A stretch of 64,000 bases of DNA, taken from positions 17,677,653 to 17,741,652 of the forward strand of contig NC_134028.1 of assembly GCF_964204645.1 (NCBI RefSeq), given 5' to 3'. The notes under the pieces were generated by a model. It did no database searches. It saw only the letters and a list, made by a program, of their open reading frames with translations, and had not been told where the DNA came from. Of the stretch, positions 13,131 to 27,014 are shown in pieces (the stretch's first letter is position 1; each line of letters begins with the position of its first letter). The position numbers were made by a program, and so were the translations under genes. The stretch is from Tubulanus polymorphus (lineage: Eukaryota > Animalia > Nemertea).

Positions 13131-14564
13131 AACCAAAAACAAATATAGCTGCAAGCAGCGATAACGGGTTTCTGCCTTTCTGGATAGAATGTCATACAGG
13201 GATGCCAGCAAAGATTTCACCCGAAATCAGTTCGTTTTATTCCGCCTTTTTGAAGGAGCGCCACACTAGGGATCAGCTCACAACATGCCTATGTTGACCC
13301 ACGAGTGCTACTGCGTGCAAAGTCCTAATGTGCCAAGTTATGGGGAAATAACATCGAGAATAACAACGCTTGGGTGTTTTAACCATTCCCTAGTGACAGT
13401 TAAAGCGCATATTCGGTTATTATCAGTTCCGACAAATAGTGATCTAAATAAGAAAACCGAATTTGGCCCAAGGCACAAATGAGGCCTATAGGGTTAACTA
13501 TGCTGGAGGGAAGGCCTAGTAAAGGAGTGACAAGTCAGTCTGACAAGTCAAGCGATCAGACGGGACTACCATTTACATATGAAATTGATGTCCAATAACC
13601 ATTATAAAAACATCACGAACGGTACCATCACTCCCCATTACTCACTGTCACTGGTTGCTGACCTGCAATCATTCTTTATCGGTGCAGTGGGTAGGTATTT
13701 TCAACTGACTTAGTTCTTCTATGACATCACCAACGCCGCTGTGTCACGGACCTCCAATTTGTAATGTATGTGATGTATAAACTGACTTTAGACCGTTTTA
13801 TATCGACGACAAAAAGTTATCACCGACGCTGACATTTTCTGACGCTTACTAGTATGACCCCCTTATGGACCGGACGATGTCAATTCAATTAAATAAACGC
13901 GTACCAGTACAATAAATAAATAAACCCTGTTGAATTTTGGTTGTATTGATATCCGCGAACAAAACAAATATTATCATAGAATGTTTAAAAGGAACTGCTT
14001 TTAATAACAGTATGAATAAACTTATTTCACAAACAAGGAAGTACATTTTTAACTTGTGAATGGTCGAACCCCAGTTATTCACAGTAACCTGTGATTTGAT
14101 ATTCTCGGAGCCTTCCTTCTTTATTTATTTATGAAATGACGTCACAAACTTTCAGATTCGCGCCAGTACGCGCGCCATGATTGATGATTGCTATTTGACC
14201 GGTGTTATCATTAATTTTTAGTAATTTTAAGTATAAAATAGGAAGCACAGTACATCCATAGAATCTACGCGCAGAAAGAGACTGTTATATTACTATCAGA
14301 GTTTAACATTTTGTTTCAAAGAAGTTAATGTTTTTATTGAAATATTTGAATAAATACATATATTGTAGTATAGATTCAATCAATAAATTATGAATTGATT
14401 TGGTCTGGGTTTCCGGCTGATGTTGATTTTGGCTTTTATGGATTACAAATTCTATAGTGATAACTAATTGATACCTGCAACATGTGTGTAAATCAAACCT
14501 ATTCCACAAGTTGCGTGTGTTTCCTAATAAACGGGAGAGTCACTCTTGATCTTGAGTTATTAGA

Positions 14565-15126
14565 ACTAGGGGTCCAGGGACACCATGCCCACTTGGGAAG
14601 TGGTTCCAAATGCTCAACAATCTAACAATTCAGGTATCAAAGGTATAAAACATCCCTTTTCAAAGAATACCCATCACAAACTGCAATGAGAAATGGCCAA
14701 CTCAGAATTCGGGCCAAAATTGACATTTTTGGACACTAAAAAAGGTCATAGGACGGCCATCTTGAGTCCGTATCCCAATTTTTGTTATGCTGATGGGCCC
14801 AGGGGGCATTCACATATATCCGAAAGATCAAGGTAATTGATCAAAGCATCTTCAAAATTTCCCTGTGTAAAAAGTGTTGATTTTGGCGAATAACACTGGC
14901 TGCCAGTCGGCCATCTTGATTCTGACAGCCAGTTTTTGGCCTGAAGATGTGTGTAGGGTAGATACATGTGTAACCCAAATATCAAGAGATTACATTGAAG
15001 GATCTTTAAAACTTCCCAAAATAACTGGATTCCGTCTACTGATGGACGAACGAACGAACGGATGGACGACGGACAAAAACTGAATGCAATAGCCCCCTGG
15101 GACTAAAGCCCCAAGTGGGCTTAAAA
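14565..15126 (-). mobile_element. Helentron/HINE (DINE-1-like) non-autonomous element family A, short copy without satellite
   Basis: Sub-terminal inverted repeat GCCCACTTG / CAAGTGGGC, hairpins near both ends, GTCC/GTTC microsatellite, and a CTAGT end on the minus strand. Confidence 0.65.
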
Positions 15127-16529
15127 TCATTCAAAAGGAAAGAAATGAGTTTGCCTGTTATACGCACCAAAAATACTTTTGAAATAACTGGAATATGTTT
15201 GTGGAAGAAAAACTAACCGACTCTGCAGTAGATCCCGCTCAAGACATTTAAATAATCGAAAGGAGACCTAGTTTCTCTCCATCACAACATTGAACGATCC
15301 TGCTCTGGTGGATAGAAAATCGATGCCGCCTAATGTTTTCTATCCACCACAGCAGACTTGTGTGTTTGTTTATTTCCGCTATGCGTACACTGTGAGATCT
15401 GTGTGACAAAAGGCAAACTATTTCCAGGTTTCCCAAATTTCCGTCATTCTAAGAAGATCGGGCAAACTGCTAGTCAAAATGCTGAAACTGTGGGCAAAGC
15501 AGCTAAAATGATAACGCTGAATGAATTTCTACATAATTTAAACATACGTGGCGCCATCCTCTGACATTTCGGCGCATGAGCTGCGGTGGGAAAACGTCTT
15601 TGAGGCATGGAATTGTCTTTTTTACTACGAAACAAAACATCTTCTTTTGGGCGGGGAATGTTGCCGATAGAGACATCACATTGAATCCGTCAAAGAAGAC
15701 AGGCTTAATTTGTGATACTGCGCAAATAATAGGAACAGGACTTTGTAATTCTAAATAGGTGTATCAGAAATTCAATTATCATGTCAAATTACTTCCAAAT
15801 ACTCGATTCTTGACTCAAATTATATCCTAGATAATTGAGTTAGAGCTGTTTTGCACTGTAAATACATAAATTCATTTTTCATTCAATGTCAATAATCACA
15901 TGTGTACTGTTTACTAATATTTTACTTATTTATCATTTATATCTAATTCTTTATTGTATAAAAGCAACAATGTTTAATGTCATTAGGAGCAATAAAGGTA
16001 TTTTTGATTTAAATTTGAATTGTCTTGGAACATCCTCACTTGCCCGGGTTTTAATGCCTCCTGCTGAAGCTCTCGCCTAAACAAAGCCTGGCCGCAGAAC
16101 CTTCATTTGTCTATTATTACACTTCCCAAGATTTCTTTCGTGGACAGTTTGCCGCTGAACAGCCACCAGTCTATGTATTAAGCCAATCACATCACATGCG
16201 TTGTTTTTCGCTGGCAGGTTCGCTCTATCAATACTAAACATCCGATTCACTAGATATAGGCTATAGTGGCAACCCGTCCACCCAGGAAATCTTAGACCCG
16301 AGTAATACAGCAATAAGGTCTGCAGCAGGGTTTGTGTTGTGTGAGCTTCGGCAGGAGGCACTTAAACCTCTGCAAGCGAGCATGCTTTAAGTTAGGGTAC
16401 AGTGCTCAAGTTAGTAAAAAGAAATGTAACAATGACAGGATAATTTGGCTATCGTATTTGAATCAACGTGTATTTTATTCATTTTATGCATTATTCATAG
16501 ACTGATGTATTTAGACCAGCGCAGCTTAC

Positions 16530-18760
16530 TGGTTCGTACGATAAACCAGGCAAAAAGTGACTTTTATAAAAGAAAGATGACTAATGTTAAAGATACTTAT
16601 CGCGTGATAAATCATTGGTGAACAAAAAGCAGTTACTGATGAACGTATGAGCCAGTTTTTTACTGAAAAGATATCAGAAATAAGAAGCAACCTTGATCAT
16701 AAGGGTGCTACATTGGATAACTCTACTTTCTATGCACTTCATCAGCCCAATGTTGTTAATACGCTCGCTGAAATACAACAAACTACTGAGTCTGTGAAGG
16801 TAGTTCACTTATTCGCTCTATGCCAGCTAAAACTTGTAAACTTGATCCGTTTCCATCTGAGTTCATAAAATCTTCTGTGCAAATGGCAACTGTTGTTAAA
16901 CTTATTACAATGATTGCTAATATGTGTATTTCGTCTGCGAATTTCCTGATATTCTGAAACATGCAATTGTTCTACCACTTTTAAAGAACCCCTCTTTAGA
17001 TAGTGAAATTTTGAAGAATTTCAGACCTGTCTCAAATCTACCATATTTATCAAAGGTCATTGAAAAGATCATTGCATCGAGAGTTGTAGATCATTTGAAC
17101 ATAGAAAATCTTTTTGAGCCATTTCAATCTGCATACAGAACATATCACAGTACTGAAACAGCTGTTTGAAGGTTGCGGATGATATCAGATGTGCTATTGA
17201 TCATGGTAACTTATTTCTCCTTGCTATGTTGGACTTAAGTTCAGCTTTTGACACAATTGACCACGACCTTTTATTAGAACGACTTAAAGGCCGAGGAGCA
17301 GTAAAAAAGCCCAATCAATGTCAAAGATGGCAGTACCCATGCAGCCATAGTGCAGTGGAGAGCTCCAACAGTTGAAGCTGGAATTTTCCTATTTTCTCTG
17401 TCAGTTATCCGATTTGGATCCTCCTTTTTGTCAGACATGTGTTTTAATGTTTAGTATATTCATTTCTGCAGTCAAAAATGTGTTTTAGGTCCTCCTCTTC
17501 GAGAAATAAAGCTTTTTAGTTGGCATTTCCTTCAAAATTTGAATCTTTGAATGACATAGAGGGAGGAGTTATCCAGTGAATTAGTGTAGCTCACAGAGCA
17601 CAGTAACAGTAATATGATACCTATAGTCATCAGTATACATAAACAAAACATGGCCTCATTCATAGTACCAAAATTTGGCAACATCAAAACTTTTTCTATG
17701 GTCAATGGATCAGTCTGAAATTTCGTACGCTTGTTTAGCTATCTACCATCAATGTTGTGTCCAAATTTCATCGAAATCGGATAAAAATTAATGATTTTCA
17801 AAAATTTGAAATGTCACTAAAATCTTTAATCTTGGCCCTATATCTACAAAAAATTATCACTAGCGTCAGATTTTCATTCCCACTATGACTAGATTAGTTA
17901 AAATTAGTTTAGAACTTCATATGAAAACTTTTATGAATATGTCAAATTTAACTGTGTGTGACCTGCAGTTTGTTGTTAGCCTTCGCTCTCTATCCTTCCA
18001 AGAGTGTAGTCAACCTTGGCATCATTTTTGATGATTCTTTTTCATTGGGTGAACAAGTAAAGAGTGTGTGTAAGAAAGCAAACTTCCATCTATATTGCCT
18101 TAGTAAGATACAACATCTTTTGGATTTTGAAACCTGTAAAACTGCAGTCAATTCGCTTGTCATTTCGAGAACTGATTATGCCAATTCTCTTTAAACTGGA
18201 TTACCTGCCTTATTACTTAATAAACTGCAGTTAGTTCAAAATAACGCTGCAAGACTTATCACTACGACGAAGCGTGGAGAACATATAACTCCGATTTTAA
18301 AACAACTCCACTGGCTTCCAGTTCATAAACGTCTTGATTTCAAAATATTGTTAATTACATACAAATAATAATAATAATATAGCACCTGAATATCTATCTG
18401 AACTTTTTACCCCATACATTCAATGCCGTCAACTACGCTCTAGCGTGGATTGGTCAATCCTCTGTAAACCAGTTCCTCGGAGGAACATTGGCTCTAAATC
18501 TTTTAGTTATGTGAGTCCTACTTTGTGGAACTCATTGCCAAAATCTATTCGTGATAGCCAGTCACTGTCAATTTTTAAAAAGAGGCTAAAAACTCACTTT
18601 TTTCAATGAAACTTATGATTGAAATGTTGTTATGGCTCTGTATCGTTTTATCGTTTTATCTCTTAATCATATTACTTATCCTGTTTTATGTAAAGCGTTA
18701 CGAGTCTGTAATGAGAATAACGCTATATAAAAATAAACATTATTATTATTATTATTTTAT
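16530..18760 (+). mobile_element. Degenerate L2/CR1-group LINE, interrupted by an unrelated insert at ~17285-17980
   Basis: FRPVSNLPYLSKVIEK, QSAYRTYHSTETA, LDLSSAFDTIDH, NLGIIFD, LHWLPV. GCTATATAAA plus (ATT)n tail at ~18720-18760. Confidence 0.85.
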
Positions 18761-20645
18761 TAGTCTAATTTGAGTGAGAACAGAATTCTGGGTGGGGTAG
18801 GTGTTCAAAAGCAGTCAAGGCACTGTTGGGAATCGACAGATTCAAAATGGCATCTCCGTGAAATATCCAATCCGTACTTATAGCGTTAACTATGCAGGAG
18901 GGAAGAAGGCCAAAGAGTAACAAGTCAGTCCAGCGAGTCATGAAATGGAAACTTCATTTCAACTCAAAGAACTTGACGTCCAATAATGATCATAAAAACA
19001 AAATCACAATGGGTACCATCACTTACTATCACTGCTGCTGCGATCAGTATTTATCGGTGCAGTGGGTAGGTATTTTCAACTGATTTTAGGCCTGTTAATA
19101 TAGGCGATGACAAGGTACCACAACGCTGACATATTCTGACGCTAATTAGAATGGCCGCATATGCGGAACATAAGCAGAACATCTACGGCCTTATGGACCG
19201 GACCAATTCAATATTAAAAAAAAAATGTGTACAATGAATAGATAAAACCTATTGAATATTCATAATATTCATATCCATGAACAAAACATTGAACTGAAGC
19301 TATTTTAAATGCATGTATCTAGCGTTTTTCAGTCGCGTGCGTACGTACGTTCCATTCTTAAGAACTGGCATTCCGTATTTAGTCTGAATACATGAATCAA
19401 TTGCTAGTCCAGATAGTGGATTTCCACCTGTTTTGACTGACAGTAAGCAATTTTAAGTTTAAATATGATGTACAGTATATACATAGAATCCGTGTGCAGA
19501 TTTGGAGCATGATACTTCTATCAGAATTCTACATTCCGCTAAGTAGCTGTTAGTTGTCGAATCCAAGAGATGAATTCTATGTGATGAAAAAAGTGGAAAA
19601 TATGTAAATAATAATAATAATCAACAGAATTACAAGAGGGTTTTCGACGAAAGTCAGAAATCAACAGAATAACAAGAGGGTTTCAGAAACCCTGATAAAA
19701 CCCGGAAGTAAAACAGTCGACGATACCACGGGTCCACGTGCACACCTGCTGATTTCTACGACTAAGCCAATCGTAGGGGAGTCTTTGCTTTCTGATTGGT
19801 TTTTTAAAACAGATATTTTTGCGTTCAGATTTTCGCGATAAAGCTCCTATAAATTCTATATGGATAATGCTTTCATGAATGATTTGTACAACAGCACAAT
19901 CAAAGGGTCTAAGGATGGCCTGAAAATTAGTCAAGATTTTTGGATACATTTTTCATGTTTTTTTTTTTGAAAATGAGAAGTAATCCATTCTCAAATTATT
20001 CATGCAAAACATATATAAGATCTGTCCTTTTTTCTATAGGAAAGTGGCCTTTTCGCGGTGAAAAAGCACCCTTTTTCTTGAAATAGAACTTCCCCAAAAA
20101 GCCCAACTCCCATCCAAAATAAGATGTTCATGATCATGGCAATTCGTTATTCATTTAAAGCAAATTCGTATATAGCTTAAGAGGTTAATATCTTAGAGGC
20201 AGGTGAGGGAAGTGAAGATAACTTACACTCCAAGATTCTGTTTGCAAGTACAACTGATCAAGATTGTCATATTGGTTATCCTAACTCAAGCGCATCACAG
20301 AAAGTGAATACAGCAAGAAAGAAATCATGTGATGAGTTCATTGTTCTTAATCTTATCTATAAGTTTGACATGGCTTTGCTATTCATCAAGCCCATCAAAA
20401 GCTTGTTATTCTTCAGCGGTACTTAAACATGAGGAAATGTGTGACTACAATGTCATAAGCCGTGGATTTTCTCAAGTAAAAGCTGTACTAAAATCAAAAT
20501 TAGTAACATCCTTATCATTTATAAATATATCAAATTTTAAAAATAGGGTTCTACACAATGTTCCATTTAGAGATTTGACCTTTAAAACAAACTTGGCTCA
20601 GTAAAGTTTCTAATGAAAAAAATGCAAAAAGCATTCAGCACAAAC

Positions 20646-20744
20646 CTTTAATACTTGCAATCTCTGTTGGTTATCAGCCGGTAACTGATCTAATTTTGAT
20701 AATTCAATATCATAATCCTCTCCCGAATGTCCAACTATATCAAC
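20646..20744 (-). CDS. VWA8: VWA8 exon (VDIVGHSGEDYDIELSKLDQLPADNQQRLQVLK)
   Basis: 99 nt, AG/GT boundaries, conserved IVGHSG motif. Confidence 0.92.
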
Positions 20745-20781
20745 CTTCAAAATAAAACATAATACTTATTTCTTACACTCT

Positions 20782-23700
20782 AAAATTACAATTCTCAGTA
20801 TGAAAATTTGTATTCCCGAGTATACTTACCTACAAAACATACTAGCCAGTAACCTTAGCTTGCTGGTATGACAGCCTGAAATTCAACTTGGCCTTCCACC
20901 ACCAGTTGGTGGCCTCACTGGATGCACGCTCATATAACTCTTGGGTAACAATTACCCCACGAGCGGGGTAAGTATACTCGGGAATACATATTTTCATACT
21001 AAAAATTGTCATATTCCCTTCATATACATTCCCTTTAAAACAAAATAGCCAGAGAGTACAAAAGACTAGGAGGAGGAACAGCCGAAGACAGACACACACC
21101 CACCAAACTATGCTCACCTTCTGAGCTGGAAGACAGCGACCCGAACGAGACCCTTTAAAGGTTAATGGAGTTACGCGGGTTGCACCCTCTCTGTTCTACA
21201 TGAGCAACAAGCCAACATCGCATACCCGAGAAAACAAAAATTACAAGGTAATTACAGTACATGTGCAAGTTTCCAACTTGTTCTGTTGTCCCGAACAGTA
21301 AATGAATGCAAACTAAGGTACACGATTCCCTGAATCCCAGGTAAATCCTATAAGTTAAAAAATCACTTATCTCCCAGACCCTGTAAAAAAGGGTCCGCTA
21401 GAATATGAGAGTCAACCGGTTTAGAAGGATGCCTAATCCCCTGAGTCATAACTACTGAACCAATGGCCGTTAACGATCCTAACTGGCCCGAAACGTCTCG
21501 GATATAGAATGACGAGAACGTGGAGGGAGAGCCCCAGAAAGCCGCTTTACAGATCTCATCAATAGAAGTGCCTGTGAAGGCGGACCAGGATGAAGCCAGG
21601 ATTCTGACCTGAGAAAGTACATTCTGGGACTCGGGGCTCCTTTATTCAAAGCCTCTATAATCCAGGTCACAATCCATCTTGCTACTGTATCCCTAGAGAT
21701 ATCTTTGACCAAATTCTCCTTAAGAGACAAAAATAACCTTTCTCTCCTCTTCCTAAAGGGTAAAGTGCACGCTAAATAAGCTTTGGTGCCCTGACTGGGC
21801 AGAGAGCACCATCTGGCCAGACATTCGAAACCAGGTAAGCTTAAGCCGGTATCTTCCATGACTTCCCTGCAGACGATGGTTTTTTGTTCTTGGCCAATTA
21901 AAAAGCCCAGGCCTGAAGGTGACCAAGTGATCGAGTGGACCAAAAAAACATGACCAGGGCTCACCAACAAGGTATGGAGCTCAGACCTCCGAGCTGCCAT
22001 AGCAAGTATTAAAGGAGAGCGGTCTTCCTGGTCAGTCTGGCCAAAGAAAGGACCTCTAACATCTCATAAGGATGCTCCATCAAGTATTTCAGAACTGCAG
22101 TCACATCCCAAGGAGGAATATCCCTTGACAACCGCAGCCGCTGAATCGAAAAACCTGCAATCAATAGGGCTATTCTAGGAGCATCTATAACAGATCGACA
22201 AAGGTGCCAACCCCCCAAAAAATGTTTAGGGAGCACAAACCAAAATTTTAAGTATTTTCGCGATTCCTGAATTTTCAAAATTTGTTGCATGTCCAAAAAT
22301 TAGAACCTGTATTTTCTAAGGAAAAAAAGGAAAAATGCCCACAAAAATCAGAAATCAAAATTATATCAAGTAGCAAATTTTAAAAGTGGCAAAACCTATA
22401 ATTTAAGTAAAATTAAATGTTTTTATTTAAACTAATACTGCAGTAATTGATTGTCATAATTGAATCATGTGGCTACACTGGCGTGCACACATATCAAAAA
22501 CTGAGACTTGATTTTGTCAAGAATGGATACACATGTTATACATAATTAACATCGTTGAATATAGTACTATAACCATGGAAATACTGCAGGACAGAATGAT
22601 TGTCACACATTTCATATCACTCTAGCTTTGATCACATTCTCTTTGTAATTGCAAAAATAACTCTTAACACAACACAACACAACAGAAAAATACCACATAA
22701 TCATATACTACTAGCTGAATACCCATCCAGTGGACGGCTTTCTCGTTGAGCCCACGTGTGTGTCGGTCGTGAGCACACCTCCTCAGTGCATAAATCCCGA
22801 ATCCTGAGGCTGATATTTTTTTGCTTATGAAATACATTCACTTTAATTGGCCGGGAAATGAATCTAAATGCTTCAAATGTTCAGGGTTCTTGGAACTTAC
22901 CCCACACATCCCCCACCCCGTCTGACCTGTCTGGTAAACAGTTAATTTTTCCCCAGCCGTTTTCAGGTCCCCCTCCCCCTTGATCGATCTTTGTACTTAT
23001 TTCATTGTCCGCACCACCCGTACGTTCATTTTGAAAGCCCCCGCCCTCCATCAACCAACGAATCGCATGATATTAAATTTGACCTACGATTAATTGAAAA
23101 ATGCCTAGATAGTCGCTAGAATTTAATGCGACAATGATATCAGGATTCTATATTTTGTATCACTGTTTGACATAATTATGATATCTCTGGTCTGTTAGGT
23201 ATATACGTACATTTTCTCGCCAAGAACCATTCTGAGAGGTTGGGTATGGTATGGGCCAGCAACACGGTCAGAACATTTGTATATCGCCAACCGATCCAAT
23301 CATATTAATTTTGATCCAAAGATTACGTAAATGAATGTCTTACCCAAAAAACCTGCAATCGCAACTGAAGTACAAATCAGTATGAGAGAACTATGTCATG
23401 TACTGTTATGATGCTGCTTTGTGTATCCTAAGTCGGTCAGTAAATTACTATAGTATTACTTCATGAGTATAATACGGTTACATAGGGTTCTGACCCAAGT
23501 GATACCCTAATTGTGAACCAAGTTTGAAAACAATCGGTCAACAATTGTGGCCTCTAGGCTGTTAACGTTGTTCTTCATGTGGGCCCCCTGGTGAAAATAA
23601 TTCGAATCGAATCAACCCAATTTCAAATAGGGTTCTGGCCGAAGTGATATCCTACTTGTGTACCAAGATTGAAATCAATCGGTCACTAATTGCAGCCTCT

Positions 23701-26319
23701 AGTCTGTTAACGTCGTTTTTCAAGTTGGTCCCCTGGTCGTTTTTAATGCCGGCCCTAGTGGCCAAAATCTGAATCGAATTGACCCAATTTTAAATAGGGT
23801 TCTGGCCCAAGTGATATCCTACTTGTGTACCAAGTTTGAAATGCATCGGTCACCAATTGGCACCACTAGGCTGTTAATGTCGTTTTTCATGTTGGCCCCT
23901 GGTGGCCATTATTTGAATCGAATCGATCCAATTTTATATAGGGTTCTGGCCTAGGTGATATCCTACTTGTGTACCAAGATTGAAATGAATCGGTCACCAA
24001 TTGCGGCCTCTAGGCTGTTAACATCGTTTTTCATATCAGCCCCCTGGTGGCCATAATGTGAATCGAATCGACCCAATTTTAAATAGGGAAGATGAAAATG
24101 ATGACTTATATGTGAAGTCAATGTATATGTTATCAATGTATATGTTATATGTAAAGTTATTTGTTTGTATAAAGTGTAACGGTAGTTGGTCGTTCTTTTG
24201 TTCGTTCGCTTGTCAGTATTCCAGTATTCTGTAGTATTGTGTTGTATTGTTGTTGTTGTCTGGTATTGTTATTTTCCCGCCTCAAAGTTTATTGGCATAT
24301 CCGTTTCCGGGTTACTCCCGCATTTTGTGTAATATTTTTGGCACTTGGTCGTTGGAGCTCCTCGGAGTATCAGTGCTTGTCTGTGTGCTTGCTATATTGG
24401 AATCTCCCTCAGTCGTCATGTAAGTTTTGTACAAGTTTATATAAATTAATTATTGTAACTGTTTAGAACATTTCCTACCCTTAATACCCTACCTGTAATA
24501 TTCGTCGTTTGTTTTTGTCGTCGTAATTTGAAAATAAACGCATCAATGAGAAGTATCGACTGACTTCGTTTGTCATTTGCAACAGTTCTGGCCAAGTGAT
24601 ATCCTACTTGTGTACCAAGTTTGAAATGAATTGGTCAACAATTCGAGCCTCTAGGCTGTTAACGTCACTTGCGGCGGTGGCATACTCGTTTTCCGAGGCA
24701 GGTACAGCTTTTACAGCTGTTACTCAGCTATCGATACTTGAAATGTTTTCCACCAAGGCGGAAAGCTGTTGTGTACAGGTAGCCATAAAGGATTTCAACT
24801 CGTCTGCACTGTGGTCATTGCGCCCCTGTGGAGGGGGAGTGGACCCGCGATTAAAGTACCACCTGTAATCTCTCGCCAGCCTAGGAGACGTGAGTCAGTT
24901 GAGGACTCTGGACGAGGTCGAGAGCATTATGGTTCTTAGAATGTACCCTATGGGCTTTCGTTGACTGGCTACTACTTGAACTCCCCGAAGAGGAATGCCT
25001 TTTCCTGGAGCTAGATGTCAAAACTCTAGCATTATGTAGCCTGCAACCGGCACGGGTACTTGCGCATGAAACCCACCGGGACCGGTACTCCCGTGACCGC
25101 GGATCCAAAAAACGTGAACGTGGATTCCGTGACTGCGTATCCAGTGAACCTGGATGACCCTGGATCCTGTGATCGTGGATCCAGTAACCGTGGGTCCCGT
25201 GACCGTGAAACTGTCCACCTTGTCCGGGACACAGTCCTTTGAACGTGCCCCCCAGAGGATGGCGGATGGCAAACAGGTTCCTAGGCATGAGCTCAGACCA
25301 GGTGCCTGGACAGGGCCGTTGGTTAGCGGTCACTTATGCCCGTGAAGCGGCTGGACAAGACCGTTCAGCTCGCTTCCACGAGGCTTCATTCCACACCGCG
25401 CAGTGAGGACACTTGAGGTGTCGACTGCAGGGCTGACCGCTGTCTGCCTTGCCGCAGACCTGATACGTACCGTGTGAGTCCCATAAACCGAATACACAGC
25501 CGCAGCCCTTGTTCAAACACCTCTTTTGCCCTTTGGGGGCTAGAGGTGAACTGGACATCCTCTAATAAAATGCAACAACTCAAAAGAGAGGGAAACGATT
25601 CTGAATATGATGCCTAAAATTAATTAATTTATCAACTGATTGAAAACGCAAGAGGGGCCGAACCGAGGGAACAACCCGATGCAATTAAACCTCTGAACTG
25701 CAAACGGTAGGTCTGCCTTGCTGCAGGCCTACTACATACCGTGTGCCTCATAAACCGAACACCCGGCCGCAGCCCTTGTTCAAACACCTCTTCTGCCCTT
25801 TGGGGGCTAGAGGTGAAATGGACATTCTCTAATAAAATGCAACATCTGAAAAGAGAGAGAAACGATTCCGAATCGCAGGCCTAAAATTAATTACTTGATC
25901 AACCGATTGAAAACGCGAACGGGGGCAAACCGAGGGAACAACCCGATGCAAAGAACATCTGAACCGGAAACAATTGAATTGAATTGAATAATGGAAAGGA
26001 ATCTTGGCAAGGAAAATCACACCGTAGTGGGACAACGCTGGGCCGATCCCTGCAATCCAAAGGTTATCCAACGTAGAACTTCCACTTCCTGATTCGTCGA
26101 AAACCACGTGCGGATGTGCCGTCTCAAACCGAGAAACACGTGATTAAACGGGCAACCAGTTCGACGACATAAACAATGCCAATGCACCAAGAATTATATG
26201 AGCGTGCTTCCGGTGGCACCACCAGCTGGTGGTAGTAGGCCAAGTTGCATTTCGGGGGTTATACCAGCAAGCTAAGGTTACTGGCTAGTATGTTTTGCAG
26301 GGAATGTATATAAAGAGAA
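20782..26319 (-). mobile_element. DIRS1-like tyrosine-recombinase retrotransposon relic (ITRs, ICR, gag and YR fragments; RT region lost)
   Basis: ITRs at 20830-20945 and 26187-26301. ICR at 20966-21033 is complementary to both termini. YR fragments (PPWDV..VL, AARRSELHTL) at 21479-22200. Cys-rich gag start at 25334-25558. Confidence 0.85.
23480..24670. repeat. Tandem ~145-170-bp satellite units (GGGTTCTGGCCCAAGTGATATCCTACTTGTGTACCAAG...), split by a ~500-bp LTR-like insert at 24089-24584
   Basis: Four units at 23484-24088 and a resumed unit from 24585. The insert has AATAAA and ends in ...GCAACA. Confidence 0.7.
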
Positions 26320-26855
26320 TACATTATTGATAGAAACCAGCAGATTCCAATATAGGGAAGATCTTTTCAAATAGAATTATCACTAAAACTCAATTTTAAC
26401 AACCATTGCAATAAAATATCAATTCAATTATCATAGCCTAAACTGGAATTACAACCCAACTCCAACACAAATCACTGAATTTTGAGTGACTCAAGTCTAT
26501 TATTGATTTTTGTCACGAAATGGGGAAACATATGTAAATGGATTCCCTATGTATACTGTATATAGCGCAAAACAAATTCTAACTTTTGGTGAGTAAATTT
26601 CAGTTACTCAGCCGAGTAAACAACTTCTTAAAATGATGCTCAGCCAAGTCGATTGATGAATTCGATTGATGAATCTTTTGCTCGGCCGAGTAAAGAAATT
26701 ACTTTACTGCCTAGTGGACCACCGAATTTAACCACTCACTCGCCGAGCAAATACCTTCTTCAATTATGCCTGGCTGAGCAAATGCCTGAGTAACTTAAAT
26801 GTGTATCTTCTTGATTGTTTCTATACTACATTACTGACTATCTGCACCAATTTAC

Positions 26856-27014
26856 CTTGATTTTATTCTGATAGCCATCAAATGCTTCTAACACCATTAA
26901 AGTAGTTTCCATTTGACGATCTAAACGGCCATCATAACCATTAAACCTATACATACTTCCAGATAGATCAACAACTAGCCGCAATCGTTTCGGTAATTCT
27001 TGAGGAGTGCCGAG
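26856..27014 (-). CDS. VWA8: VWA8 exon (LGTPQELPKRLRLVVDLSGSMYRFNGYDGRLDRQMETTLMVLEAFDGYQNKIK)
   Basis: MIDAS DxSxS motif (DLSGS), 159 nt, AG/GT boundaries. Confidence 0.95.
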
